Assembly: GCA_977017645.1 (NCBI GenBank)
Contig: OZ360220.1
Span: 151,900,001-151,964,000, forward strand
DNA from: Torpedo marmorata
Taxonomy: Eukaryota
DNA: 64,000 nt
Reading direction: 5' to 3'
Part shown: positions 23,955 to 36,616 of the stretch, piece after piece
Layout of the letters: each line of letters starts with the position of its first letter
How positions within the stretch are numbered: the first letter of the stretch is position 1
Made by a program: the position numbers and the translations under genes
The notes under the pieces: generated by a model
The model's input: the letters and a program-made list of their open reading frames with translations, nothing else
Told to the model about the DNA's origin: nothing
Database searches by the model: none

Positions 23955-26900
23955 TGTTAGGGGGAAAGATCGGGGAGTACAATAGCCTTGGAACACTCTT
24001 GTGAGGTTCCTTCCGAAGCCTGATAGTTGCGGGGAAGAAACTGACCCTGTAGGTGCGCCGTTTAACACTCTTGAACCGTCTCTTCCAGAGACGGATAGAG
24101 GGTGTGGGGTGGGGAGGGTAGTTCTGCATTCACCTGTGATGATTCCCAAATAAAAACAGATAATGCTGGAAATACTCTGCAGGTCAGGCCGCATTCTCTG
24201 GGAAGACGAAGAGAGTTAAGGTTTCAGGTCCAGAGAGGGTAATAACGGGGTGACCATGGGGACAAGCTGATAACAGGTTATCTGCCAACGAGTGATTGGG
24301 AGCAGTTGGAGAGCGAGAACGCAGACAAGAGAATGTAGGAGTAGCGAAATACAGAGCAGGAAAATGTACCCGGCAGGTCATGCGCTCTCAAACCGGTACA
24401 CCTCCCAAATTCCGGTTATTTGAGGCACTTTAACCTCGCGTCAGAACGAAAATACGGCTTCTTGGAGCTCCCGCCAAGTTATTAAAATTACAGTTGTTTA
24501 TCACTCCCGGTTTCGATAAAACCACCTGGATTTGATGTTTGCTTTAACCGGCGGCCTCTGGGAGACCCAAGGCAAAACTAAAACCTCGTAGTGATATCCC
24601 AATGGGGGTTATTGAGCAAACAGGTGCCCATATGCTAAGGGTGAACTTTAGACTTGAACGTTCAGTGACAGGGTCGAGACTTTCTCTTGTGCGTAACTTC
24701 AAAGAACTGTCAATTGACTTGGGGGTGGGGTCATTTAAATTCAGATAACAGTTCCACTATTGCTTCCAATAAGAGTGTGCTGTGCTCTCATTCACTTTGA
24801 AACATCTTAGACTATTTCTGCGAAATAATTTAGAAACTGTGCCTTAAAAAAACCCTCCCCAACAGAAAGTTTACGATCGGGAGGATTTGAAGAGATGATA
24901 AACCCCCTACCTAGCAAGTATCACCAGCGAGTAGAACTGGTAGGTTAATGGGTGATTAAGAGAAAGCAGAGGCCAGGCACAGTGATTAATCGTTGAAGTC
25001 CGAGCGATTACCTTGTCGGTTAATAATGTCATTATGTGGCGTTCAAAATCGGGTTCAAAGAAGGCGCCGACCTTTTAAGAGTGTTTCCAACCCAATTTAA
25101 AACATAATTGGTTCCTTGTAGGCCTGATGCATGAACCGTATCTCCGCCTAAAGCTTAGATTCACGCCTTTAACAGATAAAACTCATTTCTGCAACACGTG
25201 GCCATCGGCGGGAAATAACCAAACGTTGTAGAAACCTCATATCTATAACCCAATCGACTACAACAGATTGACTCGATTCTGTATCGGATCAAACTAAAGT
25301 CACCGAGTTAATTTAAAATGTTCTCCATTCGTCGGAACATTTCTTAAAAAGTAAAAAAAAATCCCGAATATTAATTTGAAGAAAAAATTCAAATGTCGTT
25401 TGTTTCATTAACTGACAATTTTATTTCCTGTCAACTTTTCAATGATTAATAGTCATCCCTGCAAAATATTTTAAGGGTTTTATGACGGAGGTCAATATTT
25501 GTCGATGATGTTGTTCTGTCGCATTAATCGTGCAACCTATATCTTTATAGAGGTGAATATTATCGCGTAGAATCTCCACGATCTTATTTTGAGATTTACA
25601 GAAGGGGACATTTTCCGGCATACAATGTACATTCCAAGAGTGCTGGACGCAAACATTTTTTACATTATTGGGTTGTCTAAACCACTATTAGATTAAGTGT
25701 TTGAAAATAACCCTTCAAACAAATTCAAATTTGTGAGGAAAGGTGCGGGTTTGGAAGATGACCTCGACAAAGGACCATTTTAAATCCCTTTAAACAGTAT
25801 AAATATAGTCGGCACGTGAAGCTGGGAACCTTAAACAAACATTCGCCGCTTATCAGATCATTCAAAACGGACATGCCGTCAAATTATTTATAACCATTGC
25901 ATAAACAAAACTAAAATCGAGACAAAAAAAACCCACGACGCTCAGTTCAGTAACAACCCAGACTGAACAAATATTTAGATACGATTAAAATTACACATCG
26001 GACAAAAGGTGACTTTCAATTGCACATTTGCACTTTGTAGAATATGGTCTAAAGCCTTCCTGGTTTACAGGTTGTAAATGTTGAAGGTTGAAGGTAAAGG
26101 TTCCATTATTGTCACGTAATACTACATTTAGAATGTAACATACATGACATTCTTTAATTTTTGTCTACCGAAAGGCAGACAGAGGGTCGCTACTTTGTCC
26201 AGCGCCCTCACAATGTTCCGCGGAGTGTATCATTAGTGATTGAGTTTTATGAAAATGCTTCGGGCTGATTTTTGACCGAACTAGTCATTAATGTTTAATC
26301 GCACCCACCATCAGGACCTTCCCCACCTTAAGGCGTGAAAAGGAATTTCAAGCATTCTTTTTCCCAAAGGGACCGAATGCAAATACCGGAGAATCTGCAA
26401 CGATTTCTGTCAGTCAGTCCCCTCGAGGTTGAGAGCGCGGTGCGGGCAAGAACTGAGCAGGCGTTCGCCAGTGTAGAAAGTGCTGTTTGCTCAGAACTCC
26501 AGGCAACTGTTCACGTCTGTTCAGGAATATTTAACCCTGCAAATAAAATTCTTAACATTTATCTCTTAAGATTTACCTTAAATATCAGCAAGCATAATCA
26601 ATCTGTTAAATTATCGAAATTATTACAATAAACTCGAAATAATAAACTCTGAAATCATCACCTTCCCCATCTGAGTACTAGTACATGCAATTTTTATTTT
26701 GTATTAAATGTCCCGTTCTATTTATGCTAATTAATTCATAAATTAAACCAGACACGAATGCCAATTGCAAAGAACACGCCTTTTTGATTTTAAGAATTAA
26801 ACCAGAAAAAGTGTAAATGATCTACTTGCCTCAGTCTCGGTCGAAACCCTCGGTCAATCCGCTTTCTTTGCTGCCATCTCCTGGATTTCAGCGGCATTGC

Positions 26901-27984
26901 TGCCGCACTTTTCTTTTCAGAGACCAAAGCAAGGTGTCCATGAGAAGATAAGGGAAAATCGCTTTTCCAGTTTGAAAAGTAAACGAAACAGCATTTTCAT
27001 TAACACGCCATTTAATTATGCTTGATTTTGATTGTACAAGATTAATTATGTAAAATCGATTATAAATAATTTCCACATTTTCCCCAAAAATATGCAAATA
27101 AAGGTCACATTGTACCATTATTTGAATCATTAGTTATTAAGAGTATTGAATATTTTGAAATAAACATAATATAAATGAGGAGGTACACAAACTTTCACGG
27201 TTCTTTCTGTTAACTTTTTGATATATTAAAGCAGGAATAACAATTATTGAGTGCCCTCGCGTCATCTCTGATGACAGTGTTTTAAGAATTTCCATGTAAG
27301 TATGATAGCTCAGATCAGTATTATTCGTGTCAAGTTTAGCTGAGAAGAATAAATCAGAAAATGATTAAAATAGACAAAATATGGGAAAGGGGAGAGAACT
27401 GCAAAAGTTGTTCGAACAATTGCTACAACGTCGAGGCCCGTAGGGGGCAGTATAGGGCTGGATGGGAATTAATTAGAGCCCTGTTTCAGATTACTTTACG
27501 TTGACGATCTATTGATCTATGGAACAAATCACTGTCAATTAAATCATCAGCTAATACTATTACCATGTGTTTCAGCATTGTGAACTATTTTCCCTGTACT
27601 TTGAAAAGTCAAACATTGTTTTCCTGTTTCCAAGTGACGAGTTTGCCCTTTACAAAGTAGGATGGTACTACCAACATTTGAATCAATGCTTAATAATTTT
27701 AGATGTGCCTCTGCCAAAACAAATCAGCAGTAAACTGTGAGTCAGACCCGAATCTGAATCCGGAGAGGACTAAAGCCTAAGATTGGGGCGATTGTTGAGA
27801 AAAAGGTGGGGGGAGGGTAATTGGGAAGATGTCTGATCATTAATTGAGTCATCTCCAATCATGTTGGGTCAATAGTCCTGGCCAGAACTGAGTCTGCATC
27901 AGCATCCACGGACTTATTTTGGCTCCCATCGTTGATAATACGATGTCCACCCTTGATTCCAAATCCTTACGCATCTTGAGCAGG

Positions 27985-28180
27985 CAATGTGGTGCTGGAG
28001 GGACTCAGCGGTTAGGCAGCATCCATGGAGAGAAATGGTCAGTCAACCCCTTGGGTCGGACCCTCCATCCTTAAGCTGATCTGATGACATGATTTCCATT
28101 TGAAATGTTGGCTTCTCTTCCTCTCTCCCAATAATGTTGCTGAACTGCTGAGTTTTTTTTTTAGCATTTTCTGTTTTTAC
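27985..28180. mobile_element. Old inverted Penelope-like pLTR remnant
   Basis: gctggagggactcagcgg...tgaactgctgagttt arms. Confidence 0.55.
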
Positions 28181-28494
28181 TTAAGATGAGTGACCTCATG
28201 TTGATTCAATTCCACCTCACTAAACCTCCTGTTTTAAGTGAAAATGACTGTGGATGTTGAAAATCTGAAATTCATTTGTAACCTCAATGGAGAGAGAAAC
28301 ATTTTCAGGTCGATTAATTCCCCACCTTGACCATTTCATCCACTGCATCAACTTATTTTTGGAAGAAGGCAGCAAAATGAGGAAGTTAAATCAGTCCATC
28401 ATTATCCATACACAGTACATATGAGGTGTACAAGATGTGAAACAGAAATTGATATTGCAAGTTAAAGGATGTTAGAAAAACGATACTGCTGGAC

Positions 28495-28645
28495 CTATGA
28501 AATGACGATGTGGTGGAGTAGACATGGCTTGGTGCCAGGACAACAACCGCTCCCTCAATGTCAGCAAGACCAAAGAGCTGATTATAGACCTCTGGAGGAG
28601 AGGCAGAACTCACTCCCTGGTCCACATCAATGGAGCTGAGATAGA
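28495..28645 (+). mobile_element. Rex1/Babar LINE fragment
   Basis: WCQDNNRSLNVSKTKELIIDL motif. Confidence 0.7.
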
Positions 28646-29578
28646 GTTACTTCAACAGAAATTGACTCCCAATGGGGTACAGTTCCACACATTGATTCTT
28701 ACTGGATGGCATCAACTCTCTTGAACCAGGTCCCTCACCAATAATTCCATCTCCACACTTGTCCTAGAATCCATTTGCCACAACTCTGCTTCATAATGTA
28801 ATCTAATTTTTTTTTTTTGTAAATCTAATACATTCAAGCAAAAGTAGAGATGGATAACCCAACAACATAATGGATACACAGTGGGCAAAGACTTGGCCTC
28901 TATGCAATGAATTAAAATATATCCATCTTGAGGAACATTATAATGCCTTTGACATATTTGAACACACCATATCTAGGGTGCACTGTATTTAAGAAGGTGA
29001 AATATTTCTGGGCACAAAAGACAGTAAGGGACTGTGGGAATATGGCAATGTGATAGAGAATCAGCCGGTCGCACTGTATGGAAGAGCACACTCAAAGGGC
29101 CGAATGGCCTCCTTCTGCCACCTTTTTTTAAGAATTCCTCCATGTTTCTTAACTGACTGTGGAAGATTGTCCAGGAATGTCCAGCTGACAAAAAGCAAGA
29201 CCAATTCCCTCTATCTAATTCCCACTACATCCACTTACAATCATTAGCGAGGTGATGGAAAGTGTTGTCAAATGAGCTATCAAATGACACCTCCCCAGCA
29301 ATAACCTGCCCATGAGTGCTCAGCTCGGCTTCCACCATAACCTCTTGTTTCCAGATTTCATTGCGGCTTTGTGTAAACACAGACCAAAGAGCTGAATTGC
29401 AGAGGTGAGGTGACAGTGACCTCAAGCCAACATTGGCAACATGTGAAAGATGCACCAAGGAGCCCAGCTGCAACTGAAGCTAATGGGCACCAAGGGGATA
29501 ACATGGTCGACGGCACAACTCATACAAAGGAAGACAGTCATGGTTGGTGCAGGTCAATCATCTCAGACCAGGATCACC

Positions 29579-30275
29579 AAAGTTCAAAGTTCAAAGTTCC
29601 AATTTATTGTCAGAGTACATACATGACATCACATGCAGCCCTGAGATTCTTTTACTTTCTTTTAGGCCAGGCAGAATTTCTAACTACTGGTAACTGTAAA
29701 CTGTACTCAAGAAGAAAGAAATGTAAACAAACTGACTGCAAATGCAGAAATATAAATATTCAGTAATAAATAATGAGCAAAGTAAGAGTTTCTGAATGAG
29801 TCTGTTGCTCAGGAGTCTGACGGTTGAGGGCGAGCAACTATTCCTGAACCTGGAGATATGAGTATTGTGGCACCTATACCTCCTTCCTGATGGTAGTAGC
29901 GAGAACAGAGCATGTTCTGGGTGATGTGGATCCATGATGATTGCTGCTGCTCTCCGACGGCAGCGTACCATGTAGATTTTCTCGATGGTGGGGAGGGTTT
30001 TGCCTGTGATGTACAGGGCTGTGTCCACTACCTTTTGCAGGGCTTTCTGCTCAGAGGTAAAAAACACAAAAGCTGGAGAACTCAGCAGGTCAAACAGTGT
30101 CTTTTATGTAGCAAAGGTAGAAATACATAACCGACGTTTCAGGCTTGAGCCCTTCTTCAAAGTCTGCTCAGAGGTATTTGTGTCCCCATACCAGGCTGTG
30201 ATGCTGCCGGTCAGCACACAGCCTGGTATCTACACATCTGTAGAAGTTTGCCACGGTTTCCGATGACATACTGTA
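29579..30275 (-). mobile_element. Rex1/Babar LINE 3' fragment interrupted by a Penelope piece
   Basis: ETVANFYRCV...KALQKVVDTA...HALFSLLPSGRRYR; short tandem tail near 29580. Confidence 0.85.
30060..30162 (-). mobile_element. 5'-truncated Penelope-like insertion (103 bp) with 14-bp TSD
   Basis: Nearly identical to 51122-51225; flanked by TCTGCTCAGAGGTA at 30046-30059 and 30163-30176. Confidence 0.85.
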
Positions 30276-30617
30276 GTTTTTTAGGCCAATGTCCTCTGCC
30301 CAACAATCTCCAGCTGCTTCATTGATTAGCTTCCTTCTATCATTAGGGTTAAGGAATTTTTGCTGAGGATTGCACAATGTTCAATTACATTCATGACTTC
30401 AGCAAATTAATCAGACCATCCTTCACCATGTGCACCGTGGTCCGTTGTTTTGTCTGGTTGTATATGTACAGTCGGATGATAACAAACTTGAATTTCAGCA
30501 CAGCCAGACATTGACAATATTAAGGCATGGACAGATAAGTGGCAAATAACATTCAGGAGACGAAATGCCAGGCAATGTCCAAGTCCAAGACAGAGTCTAA
30601 CTACCTCCCCCTGACAT

Positions 30618-30870
30618 TCAAGATTCAAGATTCAAGATTCAATTTATTGTCATAGTAATAAGACAGTGTCATATTCCATGAAATTTCTTTTTGCCTGCTG
30701 TAAGGCAGACAGATTCACCACCAGCAGAAATTGCCTAAGTGCCTCTTACATTCCTTACAGTCAGAGAAAGAGAAGCAAAAGAGAGTCCCCCCAGAGTCAC
30801 CGAGTGTCCGTAGATTCGCCTCCAGCGCGCTCCGTGGCATTACCACCATGGAGCGGAATTCGATTGGATT
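30618..30870 (-). mobile_element. 3' part of an unclassified non-LTR-type repeat
   Basis: (TCAAGAT)n tail plus segment homologous in reverse orientation to 59620-59780. Confidence 0.55.
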
Positions 30871-31302
30871 AGCCTCGTAAATATTCTTCAGGGTATTCTT
30901 CAACAATTGACACAACTCTGTCACTTCAAGGCCTTTCCACCACATCTATGAATCACGTCATGAGTGCAATGGAATGTGTTCCACGTGTTGGATGAAGGTT
31001 CACTCCCACACCATCCACAACACAACAGCCCATCCACCATCTCAAACGTTCATTCCCTGAACCGCCAGCACACGGTCCCTGCACTGTATTATATCTACTA
31101 AGTGCACTGCAGTGCCTTGCCGAGACCAATGCCAGCTGGAGCTGCCAAACCTGCAAAGTGTGGGAGGGGGAGGCGACTTTAAAGGAGATGTGCAGGTGAA
31201 GTTTTTTTTTAAAGACAGAGAAAGGAAAATTTCTGGAACAGGCTGCCAGGGGCAGTGGTGGAAGGAAATAAAATGGGAGCTTTTAAAAGGGTTCTTCAGA
31301 AT

Positions 31303-31375
<73 letters not shown>
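31303..31375. repeat. Compound (AACT)n(CTTT)n microsatellite
   Basis: Direct reading. Confidence 0.95.
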
Positions 31376-32232
31376 CCATCTATTTTTTTATCTGTCTATT
31401 TATTTATTTGTTTATGTGACCAGGAGTTCCCATTTTTTTAGCAGTGCATTCAATACAATCTTAGTGATGACATCAAGCTCCCCAAGCAGCCAATCACATA
31501 ATAGAATTACCACGTTCAGAACACAAGGCAAGACACAACACACTTTTTAAACATGTTACAGGATATTAAATAAAGAGTGGAACATACAAATATGATCGTG
31601 GTTGGAATTGATATACAGTATATCAAATAGACTACTAGAAACAAGATTATATCTTACAATATTTAACTGGGAGAATTGCTACTTATTCACTTAACATTCC
31701 TTTTTTATGGCCAGAGGTTTTGCTTTCCATTAATCAGGTTGGAAAAACATTTTAAAATTATTTGACCTCATTTGAAAAAAGCATATTTTCAGAGCATCTT
31801 ACAGTGAAACAAGTTTGTAAATACGGTGAAATTAAATGAATTTAAGTGATTACGCAGGTAACATTGTAAATAGCATAATGATCTGAATCGTTGCCAGAAA
31901 CTTTGGGATTTCTGCATAATATTGTGCATGTGTAATAATTCTAAAGATGCCGTGGAGTGGAGCAATGATGTCAAGTGCCAACTGTAGGGACATCATTACA
32001 ACGTCAGCATCCAAGCCAATGGAAACCGAACGATGAAAGACAAAACACAAGAGGTATGTGATGTATGAATGGGAAAAGAGAACACACATTTGCTTTAGGA
32101 CGTGCCATGACATGTCATTCTCGATTGTATTTCCCTTCATCCTTACCAAGAAACTTTGATGCTGTCAGTTTGTGCTCTAGAATGGAAAATAACCACCATC
32201 CCTAATCTGACACCTCTCTCTTTGATGGCCAC

Positions 32233-33932
32233 ATTTAGATTTAGATTTCAGATTTATTGTCAGAGTACATACATTTCGTCACATGCAACCCTGAGATTCT
32301 TTTTCCTGCGGGCGCGGCAGAATTACCACTAATTGGTAGTGCAAAACATAAACTGTACACAGCGTAAACATGTAAACAATCAGAAGAACTGTAAACAGGT
32401 AACGAATGAAACTGAAAATGAAAATGAAACTGACTGTGCAATACAGAGAGAGCAAAGAAAAATCAATAAAGTGCACGAGTAAGAGTCCTTAAATGAGTCT
32501 CTGATTTGACTTTGTCGTTGAGGATTCTTTTTCTTTTTAAAATATTTTTATGAGTTTCAACAAATAATCATGTATACAGAATAACAAATTAAGAAAAACA
32601 TTTGAAAAATCATCTGGTATTTATACATGTATATATATGAAAAAAACAAATAAGTTGTCTTAACCAAGTTCTAAATACAAGTCAAAACTCTTATTCCGTG
32701 TAATTATTCTAAAAAAAAACCAATCCTAAATAAAATTTAAAAAAACAAGAACAAAAAAAAGGAAAAACCACTAATGACTATTCTAATCTAACCCCTCCCT
32801 CTAAACAAGGTTACCTTTATATTGGAAAAAAAGGGGAAAAAATATGGATCCTGTAGCGACCTCCAGGCATCGGACAAAGACTCCTCGGGATAATCAGCTT
32901 TATTAATTCTTCCAATCATGATAGTATTCAATGAATGGCCCCCATATCTTTAAAAATTGAAACTTTCTATCTTTAATATTATATCTAATTTTTTCCAAAC
33001 TCAGATAGGACATTACATCCTGTAACCACTGTCTATGTGTCGGTGGTGACTCATCTTTCCATTTCAATAAAATTGCTCGTCTGGCTATCAACATGGAAAA
33101 ATCTAAAACTTTTTCTGATTCCGATGGTAGAGGGGTAGCAGCTGTTCGTAAACCTGGTGGTGCGAGTCTTGTGGCACCTATACCACTTTCCTGATGGCAG
33201 CAGCGAGAACAGAGCGGGTGCTGGGTTGTGAGGGTCTTTGATGATTGCTGCTACCCTCCGACGGCAGCATTCCCTGTAGATGTTCTCAATAATGGGGAGG
33301 GTTTTGCCTGTAATATCCTGGGCTGTGTCCACTACCTTTTTGAGGTCTTTACGCTCAGAGGTATTGGTGTTCCCATACCAGACCGGGATGCAGCCGGTCA
33401 GCTCAGGAGTTTGCAGATGTTTGGTATGTCATCTGTAGAAATTTGCCAGGGTTTCTGGTGTCATACCAAACCTCTGCAAACTATGAGGAAGTAGAGGTGC
33501 TGACATGCTTTTTTCACGATGCCATTGGTGTGTTGGGTCCAGGAAAGATCCTCCGAGATAGTGACTCCCAAGAACCTATATTTGCTCACCCTCTCCACCT
33601 CTGATCCCCCAATGATCACTGGATTGTATACCTCTGGCTTTCCTTTCCTGAAGTCAACAATCAGCTCCTTAGTTTTGGTGACATTGAGTGCAAGGTTGTT
33701 GTTGGTGCACCAGTCAGCCAGGTTTTCAATCTTCATCCTGTATGCTGACTCATCCCCTTCCTTTATACAACCCACTACCGTGGTATCGTCGGCAAATTTG
33801 TAGATGGTGTTATTGTCGTACCGAGCTACACAGTCATAGGTGTAAAGTGAGTAGAGCAGGGTGCTAAGAACACAGCCCTGTGGTGCTCCGGTACTGATGG
33901 AGATTGTGGAGGAGAAGTTCTGTTGAATTATC
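32233..33932 (-). mobile_element. Rex1/Babar LINE 3' portion (RT C-terminus and 3' UTR), interrupted by L1 fragment
   Basis: GAPQGCVLSTLLYSLYTYDC...YKFADDTTVVG RT motifs; same family as 48410-49463. Confidence 0.9.
32528..33116 (-). mobile_element. L1/Tx1-clade LINE 3' end nested in the Rex copy
   Basis: IARRAILLKWK...WLQDVMSYLSLEKIRY...FLKIWGPF resembles fish L1 ORF2 C-terminus; A-rich tail; GATTC duplicated at 32523-32527 and 33117-33121. Confidence 0.8.
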
Positions 33933-35497
33933 AATATCCTGTTGAATTACAATACAGAAATAATTTTTTTGCAGTCAGTTCCTGAAGCAGGTTTGACAAG
34001 TCAGCCATTGCAAGGTTTGTCCCCCCTTTCTCTCTGATGTATACCAAATCGGATTTAGACCGTGGTTCCAAATTCTCTGCTGCCTGTTGCCACTTATCCA
34101 GCTACTTTAGGCATGAAATTGTCCGTAATCTGCTCTAATAGGCACTTTTAGTAAAAAATATGATGTGGAAAATGCAAATTGTCACAGTAACTAATGTCCT
34201 TTAGGTAAGGCAATCTGCTGTCCTTACCGAGTCTGGCCTCCAAGTGACTTCAGGCCTTTGAGCTTGTATCATCAGGGAAGCCACTCAGTTCAAGGGAAAT
34301 TAGATATGGGTGTTAAAGAATATTGATGCGAAATGGTTTCCAAAGGCCTGGATTTTTAAGCTGTAATGATATCGGAACAAATGATAATTGGCATCAATGT
34401 TCTTTGAGAATGTCAATATCTTTAGAGGTTCTACACACACACAGTTTACGCAGAAATGTGCTATCATGCTGAGCTTTATACAGCTTTCTCTGTGAAATAA
34501 CCAAAATTGACATAATTTTACAGTATTTACAAAGTAGTTTTGCAGTAAACTATCCAGTAAGTAGATTTTAAATAAATAACTAATTGTTGAGCAAAGTCTC
34601 TGGCCATAAATCATAATTTTCTGCACATAGAATTTAACTCCTTTGTACAGAATATACCGGTACCTTTCAATGGACAATAAGTTGTTTATTGCTTGGTTTA
34701 TTTGTGACCTGTCGGATTTCATGAATGAAATTTATAGATTACTCCATTTGTTTGAAGATTGTGTTACAAATTCAAACCAGCAACGACAGAAGACGCAATG
34801 CAAAAGGGGTAAAATTGAAATTTATATTTATTAAAGACAATTAAACATATAATTTCACAACAATTAACCCCACTATAAATGTCTATAAACACTATTCTTA
34901 TCTAAAAGGTGTGTGTGTGTAAAGCCCAGACCATTATAGTCTGTGCCAAACCCTCATGTAAAAATGGATAAACTTTCCCCAAAAACCCCAAGTCAGTCAT
35001 AAAAACAAGTCAGTCAGAAAAAATAATACAGTCCACAAAAATTCACTCTCTATGTTCAGGATCCAAATTCAGCTCTGTGTGCTGGCAAGAAGGACTTCTT
35101 AATGAACGTTGGAGAGAGACAATGACTGTTTATGCTTACAAATACTTGGCTTGCTTTTCTTCTCTGATGACTTTCCTTTTTGGTAGAGATTCACGAGGAT
35201 TGCGACTCCAAATCAGTATACCACTGATTGAGGCGTGTACTTGGATCTCACAGCTGGTCTCGCTGATCTCATGCCTTTTCTCCACAAAAGTTGCTTTAAC
35301 TCAGGATTTTGCTGAGACAGGAGGCCATGTGCTATTCTCCCAGCCTTTTTCCCTGGGATGCACAAGCCTGGATTTTGCTGTGTTCTCTAGCCTTTGCAAC
35401 TCCAAACTGCCACTGAATCTGAGTGCTTTTTGCAGAGGTTTGCACCTGCTTTTGCAAAAGTGCAACAAAGTATCTTTCCCACAGCCTGTCTCTCTCT

Positions 35498-35532
<35 letters not shown>

Positions 35533-35784
35533 GTACACCAAGTCCTGGGCAAGTTAACTCTTTCAGTACCTGGTCCCAGTGTGTACTGCGAAAGACTTCA
35601 TCCTTCCTGCTGACCGTCCGCAGTCCAAATGGTCAGTCATGGTCCATAACACCACCCACCCACAAAGAAAATTTTGGTCTGCAAAAACAAAATTTTGGAA
35701 ATTAATTGAGGTGTCACAATATAAACAAAATCTACAATGTTCATCCACAAATACAAAATATGAACTATTTTCAATGATAAAGTT

Positions 35785-36480
35785 TAACATCTAGAAAGAC
35801 AATCAGCAATTACATTATCTTTCCCTTTTATATGTGTTATTACCAAATCATATTCTTGCAAAATTAGACTCCAATTCAACAACCGTCGATTCTTATTTTT
35901 CATTTTACAAAGGAAAACCAAATGGATTATGGTCAGTATACACTATGAGTGGTTTTTGAGCTGTACAGATATACACATCAAAGTGTTGTAGAGCCAACAC
36001 AAGAGCCAACAACTCTTTTTCTATGGTTGAATAATTCCTTTGATGATCATTGAACTTCTTCGAGAAGTAAGATACCAGACGGTCAATGTCCTCTTCATTC
36101 TTCCTCTGTAACAGCACCGCGCCCACAGCTTCATCGCTGGTATCCACGGCTAAAGAAAACGGCTGTTCTAAATTAGGAGACTTAAGCACAGGTTGGTGGC
36201 ATAACATGGCTTTCATTTTGACAAATGCTTCCTGACAACCTGTTGACCATACAAATTTTTCTCTCTTTTTAAGCAAATTTGTGAGAGGGAACGCAAGATC
36301 AGCAAAGCTTTTACAGAATTTGCGGTAGTAGCCAATCATTCCCAGGAACCTCCTCAGAGTTTTCTTACCAGTTGGAACAGGGAACTCGGAAATAGTCACA
36401 ACCTTTGCCTCTACTGGCGCCAACTGCCCCTGTCCTACTACATAACTCAGAGAATTAACAGTCCCATGACCCTCTCTGAA
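35785..36480 (-). pseudogene. Gypsy RT C-terminal remnant and RNase H
   Basis: LRRFLGMIGYYRKF, LAVDTSDEAVGAVL, NYSTIEKELLAL, YTDHNP, then frameshifted RLLNWSLILQEYDLVITHIKGKDNVIADCLSR. Confidence 0.9.
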
Positions 36481-36616
36481 ACTGGTTTTATCTGTCTCCT
36501 CCTTACCCCTGTCATGAACCAGCACCTCTGGTAAATGTTCAGTCCCTTTTTGTGGCACCTGTTCAATATATGGCTTAATCATATTGACATGACAGACCTG
36601 TGTGAATCGTCTGCGA

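Larger units (their letters stand above)
3450..28000. other. Extended CpG-rich, transposon-poor domain around the LMX1-type promoter
   Basis: By eye, CG dinucleotides are frequent here and scarce in about 620-3400 and beyond about 28200; no long transposons inside; boundaries approximate. Confidence 0.65.

Noticed and set aside
26387-26536. Possible minus-strand exon
   Set aside because: Acceptor plausible but donor weak, and all frames are closed
35077-35794. ORFs within the Gypsy LTR as accessory or env-like genes
   Set aside because: Frames differ between the LTR copies, cross a microsatellite and show no domain features
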